A DNA stretch of 64,000 nt from Porticoccaceae bacterium (lineage in GTDB: Bacteria; Pseudomonadota; Gammaproteobacteria; Pseudomonadales; Porticoccaceae), in assembly GCA_018663035.1 (NCBI GenBank), contig JABJEX010000013.1, positions 4,409 through 68,408 on the forward strand. The letters are read 5' to 3'. Shown piece after piece: positions 62,386 through 64,000 of the stretch. Under the pieces are notes generated by a model, which worked only from the letters and a program-made list of their open reading frames with translations, was not told the DNA's origin and did not search any database. How positions within the stretch are numbered: position 1 is the stretch's first letter; every line of letters starts with the position of its first letter. Position numbers and translations under genes: made by a program.

Positions 62386-64000
62386 TTATTCAAATTCTAA
62401 AATAGCCTGATCCACCACCAGACTATCACCGGCGGCGGCCGAGATTTTAGCCACAATACCATCATTAACAGCGCGCAGACTATTCTCCATTTTCATAGCT
62501 TCCACCACTGCCAGCTCTTCTCCCGCCTTCACTTGATCGCCCTCCTTAACCGCCAGCTTAACCAGTAGCCCAGGCATCGGCGACAGTAAATACTTAGATA
62601 GATCAGCTGGAACCTTTTCCAGCATAAGCTTATTCAGCTGAGCAGCCTTGGGTGACAGCACCAGCGCATTGATTTCTGCGCCGCGGTAAAAGAGCCTGTA
62701 GCCAGAGCCGCTGCGCTCAACCTGAACAGTCACCGCCTGGCCATTAATGTCAGCCTCAAAGAGTGGCGCGCCAAGGGCCCAGTCGGTCGCCACTGAGTAA
62801 TCATCATTGCCAATAGACACCAAAAATCCTGACATGGTTAGGGTCATTGAGACCGCAACCTCATCGGAGCCAGTAATCACCACCCATTGATCGGGCACCT
62901 GATATTCATGACCTTCCGACTGCCCAGAAATCTGCGCCGAACGCTCGCGGTATTCCTGATGCACAGCTGCTGCGACTACCAAAGGTATATGAGGGTTATT
63001 TTGCGGGACTAAATCTGCATTAAAGCCCTCGGGAAACTCTTCCTCAATAAAGTTAGTGGTGAGTTCGCCAGCAACAAATCTCGGATGCACCATCAGTGCA
63101 TTAAGGAAGCTGATATTGTGGTTAACACCGCGAATATAGTAGGCATCAAGCGCATCGACCATGCGACCAATAGCCTGCTCACGATCATCACCATAGGTGA
63201 TTAACTTCGAAATCATAGGGTCGTAGTGCATAGACACCTCACCGCCCTCATAGACACCACTGTCGACCCGAACTCCCTCTCCTCGGGGCTCCCTGTACCC
63301 AGAGAGCCTGCCAATGGAGGGCATAAAGTTGCGGAACGGATCCTCCGCATAGACCCGCGATTCCATCGCCCAGCCAGTTAAAGTTACATCATTTTGAGCC
63401 AGAGCAAGCTTTTCACCCGCCGCCACCCGAATCATCATCTCGACCAGATCCTGACCTGTAACCAACTCAGTGACCGGATGCTCCACCTGCAACCTAGTAT
63501 TCATCTCCAGAAAATAGAAATTCATATCAGCATCGGCAATAAACTCCACCGTGCCCGCCGACTGATAATCCACCGCCTTTGCTAGAGCACAACTCTGCTC
63601 ACCCATTTTCTGACGAGTGGCTTCATTGAGAAATGGTGATGGTGCCTCTTCAATTACCTTCTGGTGACGGCGCTGAATCGAGCACTCTCGCTCACCCAGA
63701 TAAATCACATTGCCATGACCATCTGCCATTATCTGAATTTCGATATGCCGTGGCTGCTGGATATATTTTTCAATAAAGATGCGCGTATCGCCAAAGCTAG
63801 AGCGTGCTTCATTGGTGGCGCGTTCAAAACCGTCGCGACAATCTGCCTCATCCCAGGCCACTCGCATGCCCTTACCGCCGCCACCGGCGGAGGCCTTCAG
63901 CATTACCGGATAACCAATACCATTGCTAATCTCCACCGCATGATCCGCATCTCGCACCACATCGGTATAGCCCGGAATACAGCTAACGCCAGCTTTTTCA
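62386..64000 (-). CDS. pccA: Propionyl-CoA carboxylase alpha chain (biotin carboxylase plus biotin carrier); N-terminus lies beyond the window
   Basis: The frame stays open to base 64000 (..EKAGVSCIPGYTDVVRD..). KASAGGGGKGMR, ERECSIQRRHQK, EMNTRLQVEH and biotinyl EAMKM motifs; adjacent to meaB. Confidence 0.88.
   Translation of the reverse strand, partial: EKAGVSCIPGYTDVVRDADHAVEISNGIGYPVMLKASAGGGGKGMRVAWDEADCRDGFERATNEARSSFGDTRIFIEKYIQQPRHIEIQIMADGHGNVIYLGERECSIQRRHQKVIEEAPSPFLNEATRQKMGEQSCALAKAVDYQSAGTVEFIADADMNFYFLEMNTRLQVEHPVTELVTGQDLVEMMIRVAAGEKLALAQNDVTLTGWAMESRVYAEDPFRNFMPSIGRLSGYREPRGEGVRVDSGVYEGGEVSMHYDPMISKLITYGDDREQAIGRMVDALDAYYIRGVNHNISFLNALMVHPRFVAGELTTNFIEEEFPEGFNADLVPQNNPHIPLVVAAAVHQEYRERSAQISGQSEGHEYQVPDQWVVITGSDEVAVSMTLTMSGFLVSIGNDDYSVATDWALGAPLFEADINGQAVTVQVERSGSGYRLFYRGAEINALVLSPKAAQLNKLMLEKVPADLSKYLLSPMPGLLVKLAVKEGDQVKAGEELAVVEAMKMENSLRAVNDGIVAKISAAAGDSLVVDQAILEFE

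Noticed and set aside
63958-63960. Start codon assigned to pccA by the ORF track
   Set aside because: It is an internal GTG. The frame is open to the window end, and the N-terminal part of the biotin carboxylase is missing, so the gene is only cut by the window edge and is not a pseudogene.

Overview
A gene-dense chromosomal window (about 50% GC by eye) from a marine Gammaproteobacterium. Gene content and order suggest Cellvibrionales, possibly SAR92/Porticoccaceae; that placement is inference. I saw no phage, IS, integrase, rRNA or CRISPR. From left to right: (1) a partial beta-lactamase-family serine hydrolase, secF-secD and tgt-queA (yajC is missing), and tRNA-Leu(CAA). (2) A small accessory block with a duplicated beta-barrel protein, an FAD oxidase, a TauD-family dioxygenase and two GH16 lipoproteins. 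One GH16 has Asp in place of the catalytic acid/base Glu; the other appears circularly permuted. (3) pyrF-lapA (no lapB), rpmE, priA and a SPOR protein. (4) A ~20 kb amine/amino-acid catabolic region: PuuA-like, TPR-sulfotransferase, TonB-dependent receptor, PuuD-like, SpuC-like, gcdH, CoA-transferases, DUF885, Orn/Lys decarboxylase, Lrp, NhaC-family transporter, M28 and M20 enzymes, and a class V aminotransferase. (5) A 14-gene co-directional envelope cluster (39162-54013) that I cannot match to a characterised system. It encodes a MotA/ExbB channel, two ExbD-like Asp-bearing coiled-coil VWA proteins, a TPR/TonB-C-like protein, a PEGA-FGE protein, a degenerate Hsp70-FHA protein, lipoproteins, an M48 protease and a PPIase-like protein. 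This is the best candidate for an undescribed system. (6) A stand-alone trpBA, split class II RNR nrdJa/nrdJb with tandem NrdR boxes and DnaA boxes, an NRAMP-like transporter, a beta-carbonic anhydrase, meaB and partial pccA. All family assignments come from reading motifs by eye; no searches were run.
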